Source: Utricularia gibba
Taxonomy: Eukaryota > Plantae > Magnoliophyta
Assembly (NCBI GenBank): GCA_002189035.1
Contig: NEEC01000007.1
Span: 1,426,001-1,490,000, forward strand
Reading direction: 5' to 3'
DNA: 64,000 nucleotides
Position 1 is the stretch's first letter; every line of letters starts with the position of its first letter. The notes beneath the pieces were generated by a model that had not been told where the DNA came from, made no database searches, and saw only the letters and a program-made list of their open reading frames with translations. Positions 30,224 through 41,502 of this stretch are shown one piece after another. The position numbers and the translations under genes were made by a program.

Positions 30224-32141
30224 TTACTGATAGCTCATAGGAGGCAGAAACCCAGTGCCACTGATCAAAGAAGTGGCAGCAGTTGGATAAGGCGTGTCCT
30301 TCCTTTTCCCAAATGGATTCTTGGAAAATCTATCTCAATGTTAAGAGAAAAACGTACCAGAAGCTTTAGAAAGGATATTGCGTAACTTAGGCAAATTATC
30401 AAAACTGGCGCTTAGGAGAATTTTTTTTATTTCAATTTACAGCAGGTGTCATCCACAATGAAAGGATATTGTATACGCATGCCCACTGAACCTGAACTCG
30501 GTATGACAACTCCCTGCAGGCTTTGGTGCACGTGCGTGGCACTGTTCACGTCCTGCGTTATGCCACATGAATAAATTAGCATCCGGAAGAAGGGAAGTGA
30601 CCACTGAACACAAACCGCAGAAAACAACAATCCAATATGCAGTGCATATCTTACTTCAAATTCAATGAAACAAACAGTGTGTCTATCCTGCCTTAATACT
30701 TTCATCTGCTTAAATCCAGATTGACTGCAAGTAACCAATATAGAAAAACGTAAATTCGTAAGCCCAACAGATTCAGCAGAAAAGCATGTGCACGTACATG
30801 CTGAAAAGCCCTTGCAACTCTTCTTCATTAATATTCTCCCCTAGGTTCCCGATGAAAAGGGTGTTGCAAGGAGGGTTGTCTTTAGTATTCTACAAGGGTG
30901 TAACATCAGATGTCAGAAGAAACCTCAAGTTTGAAGATTCCAAAGACACCTCAACAATGAATAGCCAAATTCTTAAATTGATCCATCCCGCAGCATAGAA
31001 TGTCTAATAACCTGGACAGGTAAGTAAGTGTTAGGTGCAGGTACAGGAGCTGGGGTAGGCATTGCCACTGGAGCAACAGGATAGCCAGCATATGGATCAT
31101 AAGGAGGTAGTGCTGGGGTCATATAACTGAAATAACGTGCTATGACATATTTAGTGAAGAATAGCATGGTTTCCATCATCATCAGTACTCCAAGTTTTCA
31201 ACGATGCTAAACTTTCATAATACTAATCGCTTATGCAAAAATAATTTTTAAGAAATCGAGCACAAACCCATGTGGACCCCAAACCGGCGGAGGAGCATGA
31301 AAGGGAGATGTAGAATATCCATTGTGGCTATAGTCACCTCCAGTTCGCATGCGTTTATTCTGATCATATGCACTTGAATCAGCAACAATCCCTGTATCTC
31401 AAGATAGGTATGAAAAAAATGAAGGCTTATCAAAACTGTGTACGTGAAGTATGTAATAAAAGTCATGGAGGCTAAACTCCTGATTACGAAAAGTATATCA
31501 ATACAGCAAAAAACATACCCCTCTTGACAAAAAGATTCTTCTTTGCCATCTCAGTGTGCAACACAGACTTCAGCTCCGCATCAAACACCAACTCCTGAAT
31601 GTCAAAAGCATTAAAGAAGCCAAAAAAACGGATTCTCCGCCAGAGGAAGAGCAGCAAGACAAGGCATAATGGTTGATTGGCAAAAAACGATACAACGTTA
31701 AGAAAAAAAACCTGAAGTGCATCTTTGGCAGCAATGGCATGCTGAGGAGTGGCAAAAAGTGCAAAACCCATCGGATGCTCTCCCTTAAAATTTACCTGTG
31801 ATGCCTCATATCCTGGCAACCACCTAAGTAAATTCTGAAGCTCCCGTTCCTTAACATCGTCCGGCAGACCAGAAATAAATATTGTTCGCACCTACAACGA
31901 TTCAGGAGACCAATTACGATTGACATCACCATTACAAAATCAATATTTTTTATTTTCATTAAAATAAACAATGAAACACGATATTCCACCTCTTCTAAAC
32001 TGGGGCGAAAGGAAGTGTTGCTTGTGGGAATTGGGAAGGGAGAGAATGAGGAGGTGGAGGCGCCGTTGCAGATACAGGAGACGAAGTAGCAGTGCCTGAA
32101 GGCCACTGTTGATGGTAGGAATGAACACCGGTGCCCGCCAT
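30224..32141 (-). CDS. Two-RRM RNA-binding protein of the couch-potato/RBPMS/Scw1-like plant family
   Basis: MAGTGVHSYHQQWP..|VRTIFISGLPDDVKERELQNLLRWLPGYEASQVNFKGEHPMGFALF..EMAKKNLFVKR..PPCNTLFIGNLGE..FKQMKVLRQDRHTVCFIEFE|DVNSA..GMRIQ|FSKNPFGKR. Probable 1-nt loss at ~32010. Confidence 0.88.
30330..30469 (-). other. U12-type (minor spliceosome) intron with AT-AG termini, 140 nt
   Basis: 5' end CA|ATATCCTTTC; branch-like TTTCTCTTAAC followed by ATTGAGATAG| at the 3' end. Splicing restores MRIQFSKNPFGKR. Confidence 0.75.
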
Positions 32142-32873
32142 TCTTGAGCAACAGACGAGAAATTTCAGGAGTCCGTAGGGATACAGCAGTATTTCAGACG
32201 AATAGTAAATTCAACAAGCATCTGAACTTAACCTCCTCACGGCATTCAAATTTTTCAAAGAAAAAAAAAAGAAAGAGTTACAAAGCAGGCTAGAAAACAG
32301 CTATCACGCATACATTTTTAGTTGATGGGCCTGAACCAGGTCACCAATGAGTGAAAACGAAGAACAGGGAGCATGAAAGCAAGCCCACCAATCTAAAGAT
32401 CATCAATACTAAAAAGAGGGGAGAATATAATGAAACCTATGATTCTTTAACCAGAAGAAAGGTCAGAAACAACTACTGGAAAGCCACAGATTTTCATAGT
32501 CACCATCGGAGAAAGGAGGACGGGAAGCGTACATACCAGTTGCCGAAAAGAACGCTTGCCGCCAGAGCCAACTGATCGCCAATGGAAGCAGACGCAAAGG
32601 GGCAATAGATTCAGATCTGATTAGGGCTTCGGATACCTCCCCCGTGTTCTCGTTGTCAGGAAGGCAACAAAACAACTGTAATTTTCCAAGAGTTCAAAAA
32701 TATTTTTTTATTCCATAGAAGATTAAAAAAAATGAAACTGGTAAGCGTTGTGTCAAAAGTGCAAAATTACAAATCATGCGGGGTAGTATTAAAGTTTGAC
32801 CAAAGCTTCGGGCTAAAACAGAAACACACGGAAGTTGAGGATTCTCTTGCTTCGTGGCCAAGCAAATTAATCC

Positions 32874-32924
32874 AGAACCTTCGAGTGGCGACCACATCTT
32901 GCGGTATAGAATTTCGACACGTCA
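32874..32924. promoter_or_regulatory. Partial heat-shock element and ABRE upstream of DREB2
   Basis: aGAAccTTCg at 32874..32883; GACACGTCA (ACGTGTC on the minus strand) at 32916..32924. Confidence 0.4.
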
Positions 32925-33208
32925 CCTCCCGAAAACAATACTAGAAGCTCCCTCGCATGCGACGAGGACGACGTGCAATCGCAGAAATATCTAGAGACTG
33001 CTTTTTTTATCTTTTTCTTTTGAGTTGCAGATTTTTGTAAAAAAGTCATGCAGGGAACTATAAATATAAATCAGCCCACACGGTTTCTGGTTTCTTGCCA
33101 TTTCCAAGATTCATTTACAAGGAAAGCGCTTGGTCTTCTTGTGTTCTCCAGTCTTGCTTACGAACCTACTCGTTTTCTCGCTCCAACGGTGTTTCCCTTT
33201 TTTTGTGG

Positions 33209-34563
33209 ATGTCGACTGAGATTGCACGAAGGTATGCTGGTTTTGTTTTCCGATTTGAGGTTCTGGAATAATGGTGTGTTGAGTCGTTAGTATTGTTCAT
33301 GTTGTTTTTGAAAAAGGTGGTCTTTCAGTTGAGTTTGCTCGTCGTCAGATATTTGGTTTCTGAATAGGGGAAGTTGTTTCATGTCAAGATGTGTCTTTAC
33401 CTGCTTTTGAGGCCAACCCTTTTGTGCGTTCGCTGGAACCGTGAGGCATCTTCTTGAATACGTGTGTTCTGGTTGCATATTTGGAGAAGCTTTGTTTTAG
33501 AAGCATGTAAAGTCATTTGGCTTTTGCTCTTGCTTGGTGTGGTTTTGTTCTGATTCTAAAGAAACCGTCTTTGGGTTCTGGGTGCAGGGATCTGAACTTA
33601 ACTCATCAGCCAATGGACTTTTTGAAGATGAGAAAATCAAGAGGCGGGAAGGTTGGAACAAACAGTATTGCAGAGACGCTGGCAAAGTGGAGGGAATACA
33701 ACAGCAAACTTGACACTGTTGATAAGGATAACAAGAAAGTGTACAAGGCTCCTGCTAAGGGATCAAAAAAGGGATGTATGAGAGGAAAGGGTGGTCCAGA
33801 GAATGCTCGTTGCAATTACAGGGGTGTCAGGCAAAGAACTTGGGGTAAATGGGTTGCTGAGATCAGGGAGCCTCACAGGGGAAGCAGACTGTGGTTAGGC
33901 ACATTCAACACTGGTCATGAAGCTGCTGTAGCTTATGATGAAGCGGCTAGAGCAATGTACGGCCCTGGTGCACGTTTGAATTTTCCTTGTTGCAGTTCAT
34001 CAAAGGATTCTTGTTCGCTGCCTACTACTTCAGACTCCGGAAACTCAGAGGTTTTGCTTGGAGATAGGGGACCCGACACAGGTGTATCCGAGATTAAAAA
34101 GGAAGCTGATGAGGCCTGTCCAGAGAATATGGATTACAGACATCCTTCTGTGGGAAATGAAACTATCAGCATTTGCAAACAACAAGGGATCGATGAAACG
34201 CCAGCAAAGATAAGAATGGAAGACGAAGCGGCAGCAGAAGAATCAGTTTCCACACAGTCAACAATGTATATTCATGACCCAAGTGCCTTGTCTGGACAGC
34301 AGCAACTGGATGAGATGTTTGACGTGGATGATCTGCTTGCCGCTTTGGATTCTGCTCCTCATCTTACTCGCAGGCCTCAAGTATCCTTGGCAACTTCCTT
34401 TCCGCAACATGCTGATAGAATGCCGACTGAGAGCCTCAGCCTCCCAAACCAGCAGCCACCTTATGATTATGGTCTTGATTTCCTGAAACCGGGGAGGCAG
34501 GAGGATTATAACACCATGTTTCTCAATCTGTTCATGGATTTTGACAAAGACATGATGCTATGA
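33209..34563 (+). CDS. DREB2: DREB2-type (A-2) AP2/ERF transcription factor with a 23-nt first coding exon
   Basis: [18 protein letters not shown]2 domain [46 protein letters not shown], acidic C-terminus. ATG 33209, donor AG|GTATG at 33232 and acceptor TGCAG| at 33587 are in frame with ORF 33517..34563. Confidence 0.88.
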
Positions 34564-35288
34564 TCCGTGGGCACAGAGTGCCAGCCCCTGTTGCAAAAAA
34601 ACTACTTGCCATAGGAGTAGTGTAATTCATCAGGATTTGGACTCAACCACAGTTGTCTCTGGGTTCCCGGGTTGGGTGTATATTTACCAGAGGCAACACA
34701 TGTGCTGCTCTTTTTGGACAGTGTTTTGTCCTTGGTAACCTTGGCAACGTTTTCCTGCAGTTTGCCATGTAAATGTGTACACAGCTCTCTAGTTTCCTAT
34801 TTACAAAATAACTGTTCCATCTTCAAAGTTGATTCTTCTGTCGGTTTGTTATTTATGATTGTTTGATTCCGTCAACCTGAAAGAAAATTCGTGCCAATGA
34901 ACTGCGGACCAACCTGGTGGTCCACCCACGCAATTCTGACTGCTTTGATGAACCCTGAGATTTCTGAATTCAAAGACTTCTCAAGATCATTTCCACCTGA
35001 ATTCAAAAGGCTTAGGCATCAGTAACAGTGAACCACTTATGCAGCATACGATACCTTTGCCCCCGACCGTACCAGCACAACATTTATCATTTCCTACTGA
35101 TAAGACAAGTATTTCAAGTAGCAATATCACGAGTTACATTAACATAGATAAAAGATGGATCTTTCAGACGTCTTCTTTTATCCCGTGCTCTCACATTAGT
35201 CGTCAAGATGTTGCAGCCACAGTGGTTAAGCTTATGGAGGTGAAAGAGGTAGACCGAGGAATATGCATGAGGCAGCCAAGCAGAGCCC

Positions 35289-37967
35289 TCACCTGCCACA
35301 TAAGTTGGCTGGAGATGGAATACCCTTACGACTGGTAACGTCGTCATCTACTTCAGGCCCAGCCACGCACAGCCCATTGTTAAAACTCACTTCAGAACTT
35401 GCATTACTACTAGTTGCCATTGGAGAATCTGAAACATTGCCTGCCTTTCTTGTTTGCCCAAGTCTCACACTACTGTGCGAAGATGGTACAGGAGCGTTTG
35501 GCATTAGAGGTCTCATGTTCCCGGGAATAGCCCGTCTTATGTCCTGCAGTAAACAATCAAACAAAAAAGGACAATTTAATAATATAGCATTCCAATTGAT
35601 ACTGAGAAAGAACAGCAGCAGGTGATAATTTAGAAGGATTGCCTATAGTTGCTGCATTTGAAGTAAATGTAAACCCCAACATCGATACAATGACTACTGT
35701 GATAAACGAATGAAACTAGTAGTTTACCATATGTCTTATGGCCATATCCAGAGACTTCTTTGACAGCATTCTTCCAAAACCTGAACTATCTGGAGATGAT
35801 GACTTTCCAGATAAGATACTGTGGGGTGAGTGACTATAGTCTTGCTTAGGCGGTGCTAACTTCCTCATATTTATCATCCTTTCAACCATTCTGGTCCCGG
35901 TAAGGACAGGGCTCACATTATCATTTGCCTTGGCCTGTAACCTCTTTACAGCAGGCACAGGCACAGAGCTTCCACTGCTATGAATAACGCCATTGGGAGG
36001 GCGCCCTCTGGCAGGAGAACACGACTGCCTCCTTATTCTTCCATTTGAGACTGGTTCAATAGACGAAGATCGAGAACTTGGCACCCCGGGTCTACCTCTG
36101 TTAGCTGAAGATGGCCTGTCCGGCAATGATGTCCTTAAGTTTGGTGGAGCATCAAGAGAAAACCCAGGCATCTCTGATGGCTTCCATGGCCTGGGTCTTA
36201 CAACTGGTGACTTGGACCGTGGTGGCACGGGATTTTTCACTTGAGCAGCAGGTTGCTGGACAACTGAACCGGAAGCTGGAAACCTGACAGCAGGCGTGCT
36301 TGTTGAATTAGACCCTGATGAAACCGTGCGAGGAGGAGTTGAAGACCTAGGAATAGACTTCGGTGCAGGTATTGAAGATCTGTTTGTTGGAGTTGAGGAT
36401 CTGATTGGGGCCCTTGATGTGGGAGTAGAAGATCTTGGAGGAACACTGGACTTCGTGGAAGATATGGTTGACCGAGAAGTGGGCGTTACAGATCTTGAAG
36501 GTTTTGACACTGTGGTTGATGTTGATTTAGATGGTGTACTCAAGGTAGGTCTTGCTGTGTCTGACAAAGCAGGCTTGCTTGATGTTGCTCTAGTCACAGA
36601 GCTCATGGTCATGTGTCCAGTGAGCATAGCAGGCCTTGACCCAGGACCCCCAGCTGAAGATGGCCTTCGAAGTCCTCCACTTGAAGTATTCAAACTAGGG
36701 AATGAGATCTGAGTCCTAGATAAGGAATTGCTTCTTCCTGCATGCTGAGGCTGAGGATTGATAGCTTAGTTAGTGCATTGGAAAGAGACGTATTTTTCGG
36801 CATAGGAGTAATAAAACATTTTTAATTCAGTATTCCACTCGAGTGCCACAACCTATAACCATAACCATCTAGCTTACTTTCAATTTTGCATGAAAATCAT
36901 TGTTCAACTAGAAACCGATAAAAAAATAATACACATACACGAGACACCAAATGGATTTTTAGAAAGGCTACATTTTGATAGCATGCATACCTTGGACATC
37001 TGAGATACCAAGTGGGTTTTTGGAGTTCCCAGCTGGCTTGTTATATTTTTCTTCGATTCCACTTCTAGTGAAGGAAACAAAGGTGTTCCAGGTGGTGTAA
37101 GCAACCTGTAAGTACGCGTACTTCTTAAAAACACTAAAAAGAAAACCAGCAGTCTACTGAGAAAACCAAATGGAAGCTGCGGCCAAGTCCAAAAGACAAC
37201 CCAGAAGAGAATAAAATATCAGTAATTTCAAGTCATGTACCATACATAAATTGACATATACAACCAACATAAACGGGTAAACACATATGGAGCATTCACA
37301 AGTTATCATCAATAGATTGGTCTACCAACAATGTTAAGAAATGTGGATTGAAATCCACGCCATGGAAAAAGAAAATATGTTCCCATGGTCAGGCTTCAAG
37401 ATGTGCATGGTCTCATGGCCAGAAAATATGCAGCAGGACAACACAGAATGCACTTACCAATCATAATCATTCTTATCATTGTCAGAACCAAAAAAATCCG
37501 CAGCACCAGCCTTCGGGACAGGAGTTACTGCACCAGCAGCCAGATTGAATATAGGGGAGTTGCCTACTTTTGGACCTATAACATGGAAACCAATCAAAAT
37601 TGGGAAATGCGATCACACCAAGATGCATCATAGACAACCAAGATATGACTGCTGATATGATTTTCAAAATAACATGCCATCAGCTTACGATAGCCAGATA
37701 TTAACATCCAACGGACGATTCAATTACAAATCTTCAAGAGCTCTAACGCCTCGCCGCACGCAAGAAACCCTAAACCAAAGTAAACAGATAATTACAGTTC
37801 ATACCAGCTGGAGCATCAAACTCATCAGAGTTGTGGAGGAGGAGATTGTTCCGTTCCTTCTCACATTTCCGCATTTCTCGAAACAAAGCCAAGTCATCAT
37901 CTTTGGTGTCCATAAATCTCAGACCACCAATTCTCTCCCTCTCCGGAACGCGCAAACTCCGATTCAT
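35289..37967 (-). CDS. Basic proline-rich microtubule-associated protein (BPP/mucin-like family)
   Basis: DDDLALFREMRKCEKE, NDKNDYDW|LLTPPGTPLFPSLE, long S/P/T/R tract, PPNLRTSLPDRP, RQSCSP..RGR, MVERMINMRKLAPP, GFGRMLSKKSLDMAIRHM|DIRR. Confidence 0.82.
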
Positions 37968-39054
37968 CCCAAATGCAAAACAGCTAGAAGGCTAAGAGAA
38001 TATGCCCTAACTTATTAAACCCACAACCGAACTTCAAAACCTAGCTTCTCATCATTCACAGAAACAACCCAGAGCATTTATCAAAGATCGAGAATGTAGC
38101 TGCAGCCAACAGTCTTCCAAATAAGAAAGCTCAAAACATCCGTCCCCACTTCACAATATTCAATACCACATCTCACCTCAATCTAAACACTGAAAATGTA
38201 AAATGCGCCGATCTAATCTTACGCCACACCTCTTCTACATACCCAAAAAGCCTCCAAGAAGAGCGCTGAAACAGATCCGAGATCAGGTCCAATCGATTAC
38301 ACTCTCTCGCCAGCTATTTCGTCCTCACTCCACCCAATGGCACCATTACCAGACGGTGGCTTCGCAGGGAACCATGTCCAGCGAGAGAAGGCGGAAGATC
38401 TAGAGGCGCATTACACGCAATGCTTCTTCTTTCCAGGAAAGCAGAATTTGACATTTATCGGCTCTATCTCTTTAGGGGTTGGTAGCCGCAGTGCAGCGGT
38501 CGACGCCGAGCAATTTCGAAAATAACAAATTTTTTATTCTATAAAAACGATATTGTAATTCATTTTAAGTAAATTAAATTTCAAAATACTCTTAAATATC
38601 TATTAAACATTACCCCCAATATTTTATAGACGTTGATTTTAAGTATTCTAAAAATTTCTCCAAAATTCGTTCGAAATTGTATTTTTTAAATTAAATCAGA
38701 AATTCATTTTTTAAAAAATTTGAACATTATTTTCGACCCACACATGTCACATTCAAACACTTTGACTCGTGCCCACTTATTCCTCAACATTATTGAACAA
38801 TTTAATAATAATATTTGTTGATAGAATAAATCAATTATAAGATCCTCATTCCCCACCTCGTGGGTCTGAAATAAATAATTCACAAATAAAAAAATACACA
38901 ATTTATATTTGAGGTATTTAAAATTAATTTTTATGATAAAAAACTTGAACATGAAACATATTTATTTACACACATTTTAAAAATCATATACATTATTTGG
39001 CTTTAATTAAATTTTAATTTAATAATTCCAATAACTATCAAACATCATCCGATG

Positions 39055-39087
39055 CCAATCAGCAATCAGCAATCACCAATCACCAAT
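39055..39087. repeat. Five tandem 7-mers (A[G/C]CAATC), three containing CCAAT
   Basis: ccaatc agcaatc agcaatc accaatc accaat. Confidence 0.7.
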
Positions 39088-39676
39088 GAGATGCTTACAC
39101 GCAAGCTTTTTTGTCTTCATTTGATTATCGACATTGAAAAAAAAATGTCTTTGTTTGACCTTTTTAATTTTGATTTTCTTTTATTAATCATTTCATATTT
39201 GTTAATAAAATTGAACAAATAAAAAAGATTTCAAATAAATATTAAAAGTGAGAGCCAAGAATGATACGTAAGGTGGTGCTAGTTTTCTTTGGACACGAGG
39301 GATTGTGAATACCGTAACGTGAAATGAATGCATTGCGTATTGGTTGCAGGATGGAGTTCTTTCCTTTGAAGCAAAGTGGGGGAATTCACCAACCCATGAC
39401 ATGAATTGCAGTGTTTTTTTTTTCTTTGCTGATTTGGAAAGGGATCGCAGGCTGCCTGAGCATAATCCCAACTGGGTTGATTTTATGCTTCGTTCTTTTG
39501 ACCTTTCTGGTTGTAGGGAGAATCCTATTCCGGGCTTTAGCGAAAGGAACGAGATCCCGTCGCTTCGTGCTGCCTTGTTTCCATGGAAATGCTGCTTGGA
39601 CGGGACGTTGGTGATCTTGAATACTGTGTGGTATAAATAGGAGTCGAGGGGTTGCAGGAATTTATGGGCTGCTTCC

Positions 39677-41275
39677 ATGGCTTCCTGCTCCTTCCCCAAC
39701 GTCTTCTCTTGGATGGGGAACCTCCCTCCGATCCCTCAATGGAAAAGCAACTCGCAGTTCATGGATCTGTGCGGGTCTTCAGCGTCTGGTGATCCCCACC
39801 CTGCTCTGAAGCTCGCTATCCACGTTTCAGAAGATGATCGTCTTTCCCTTTCGATTTTGGTGGAGCATACGGCTCAGGTTGTTCTGTGGGTGTCGAGGAT
39901 GCATGTAGTGACATCCATGGCGGACGCGTTGGTGCAAGATGAGCAGGTTATTCACATGCTGCTGTCTGATTTCATTGGTTATGTTATAAGATACTCTTCC
40001 GATCAATCTCCTTCCTCACCAAGACTGGTGCTGAAGAGCCATCTCAATGAGACCAACACTGAACCCCTGTTTAACTTCTGCTTTCTGAGTGTGGCGTTCC
40101 TCGTCTGCGTCTACGAAGCTCCGGGAGATATTCGAGCGCCGTGCCTGAAAACGCTCAAGGATCAATTCGCCTGCCGTGAATCAAGGGAAGTGTCGAAAAC
40201 CCTAATGAGGATTCTTGGGCCCAGCATGGAAGAACAGTTCATGAGGAGCATGAACCTTGCGATCACCAGCTTGATCGCGGAGAAACAGTCGAAGGGCATG
40301 AACCTCGACATCAAAGCCTCGTCTCCGTTGTTCTCCTACTCGCTTTCGACTCAGGGACTGTGGAAGGTTCAGCTCTACTGCCCTGTGATCGCCATGGCTG
40401 CTGAGAAGTTCCATGGCCCTTCTCCCAGAGAAGATCTCCTCTTCACGCTCAACTATCATCAGCTGGAGGGAGTCATCCAGTTCAACCACCAAATAATAGC
40501 CCATGAGAAGTGGATCGAAGTCAAGCTAAACACAGACAATATCAGGTACACGCAGGAATCTGATACATACATGCGTACACTTGTTAGAATCCAGAAATCA
40601 ATTCTTCTTTCTTGTTTGTTTATTGAAAGGTGCGACGTGGTGAAGCTTGTGAGTGACTCCATGCTAAAAGAAAGAGGAGTCGGAAATTCAGAAAAGCACT
40701 TCCCATCGCGGATATCGTTGGAGATAAGTCCAACTCCGGGCACTCAAAGCAACGTCATAAGCGTCTCCGTTAGCAAGTCTTCCGACAACCCCGTGGTCGA
40801 CGTCGGCTTCGAGAAGGGCATCGAAGCTTCCTTCGAGTCGCCCCAGTCGCTAGGCCTCCATTTGAGCGCGGGTGAGTCTCTTTCCACGAGCCTAAAGCCA
40901 TGGAAATTCGAGCCCTCCGTGGTCGGCAACACAGTCAAAATGAACTGGTTTCTATACGACAGTTCGAACGGGAAAGAGGTGTTCTCTTCGCGGCCATCGA
41001 AATTATCCCTTCTTCTACGGCCTAAGGCGTGGTTCAGAAACCGGTACTCGAGGGCGTATCGTGCGTTCACGCGACAGGGCGGAGTTATCTTCGCCGGCGA
41101 TGAGTACGGGGAGACTGTGAGTTGGAAGATGGACAAGGTGTGCATGGATTGGGAGATCAAGGGCTGCATCTGGGTCACGTATTGGCCTAACGTACACTCC
41201 ACTTTCTATACGGAAACAAGGAGACTGGAGTTCAAAGAAGCCCTTCATCTTGCTCTTCCTTCCATGAATCCTTGA
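39677..41275 (+). CDS. Conserved plant protein of unknown function (family often annotated 'neuronal PAS domain protein'), 2 exons
   Basis: 532-aa ORF reading through a short in-frame intron after NTDNIR (~40547-40628). Motifs W..NLPPIPQW, GLWKVQLYCPVIAM, YHQLEGVIQ, EKHFPSRISL, FTRQGGVIFAGDEYG, WVTYWPN as recalled for this family. Confidence 0.7.
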   Translation: MASCSFPNVFSWMGNLPPIPQWKSNSQFMDLCGSSASGDPHPALKLAIHVSEDDRLSLSILVEHTAQVVLWVSRMHVVTSMADALVQDEQVIHMLLSDFIGYVIRYSSDQSPSSPRLVLKSHLNETNTEPLFNFCFLSVAFLVCVYEAPGDIRAPCLKTLKDQFACRESREVSKTLMRILGPSMEEQFMRSMNLAITSLIAEKQSKGMNLDIKASSPLFSYSLSTQGLWKVQLYCPVIAMAAEKFHGPSPREDLLFTLNYHQLEGVIQFNHQIIAHEKWIEVKLNTDNIRYTQESDTYMRTLVRIQKSILLSCLFIERCDVVKLVSDSMLKERGVGNSEKHFPSRISLEISPTPGTQSNVISVSVSKSSDNPVVDVGFEKGIEASFESPQSLGLHLSAGESLSTSLKPWKFEPSVVGNTVKMNWFLYDSSNGKEVFSSRPSKLSLLLRPKAWFRNRYSRAYRAFTRQGGVIFAGDEYGETVSWKMDKVCMDWEIKGCIWVTYWPNVHSTFYTETRRLEFKEALHLALPSMNP

Positions 41276-41502
41276 TTCTCCTGTGCTTTGATGCCGCTCT
41301 CTTCACTGAAATATTCTTTCTTTCAGCTTCTGAAAACCTACCCAGATTTTGGATGCTGATTTTCTTGGATTCGGTGGTGTGTATGAACTTATGGAATGAT
41401 ATGTTGCAGTGGGTAATGCTATGATAAATACAATCACTTTGTTTCTGAATTCTGACAAAACAGTTACATATGAACAGGCAGCCCAAGAAAAGACATATGT
41501 GA

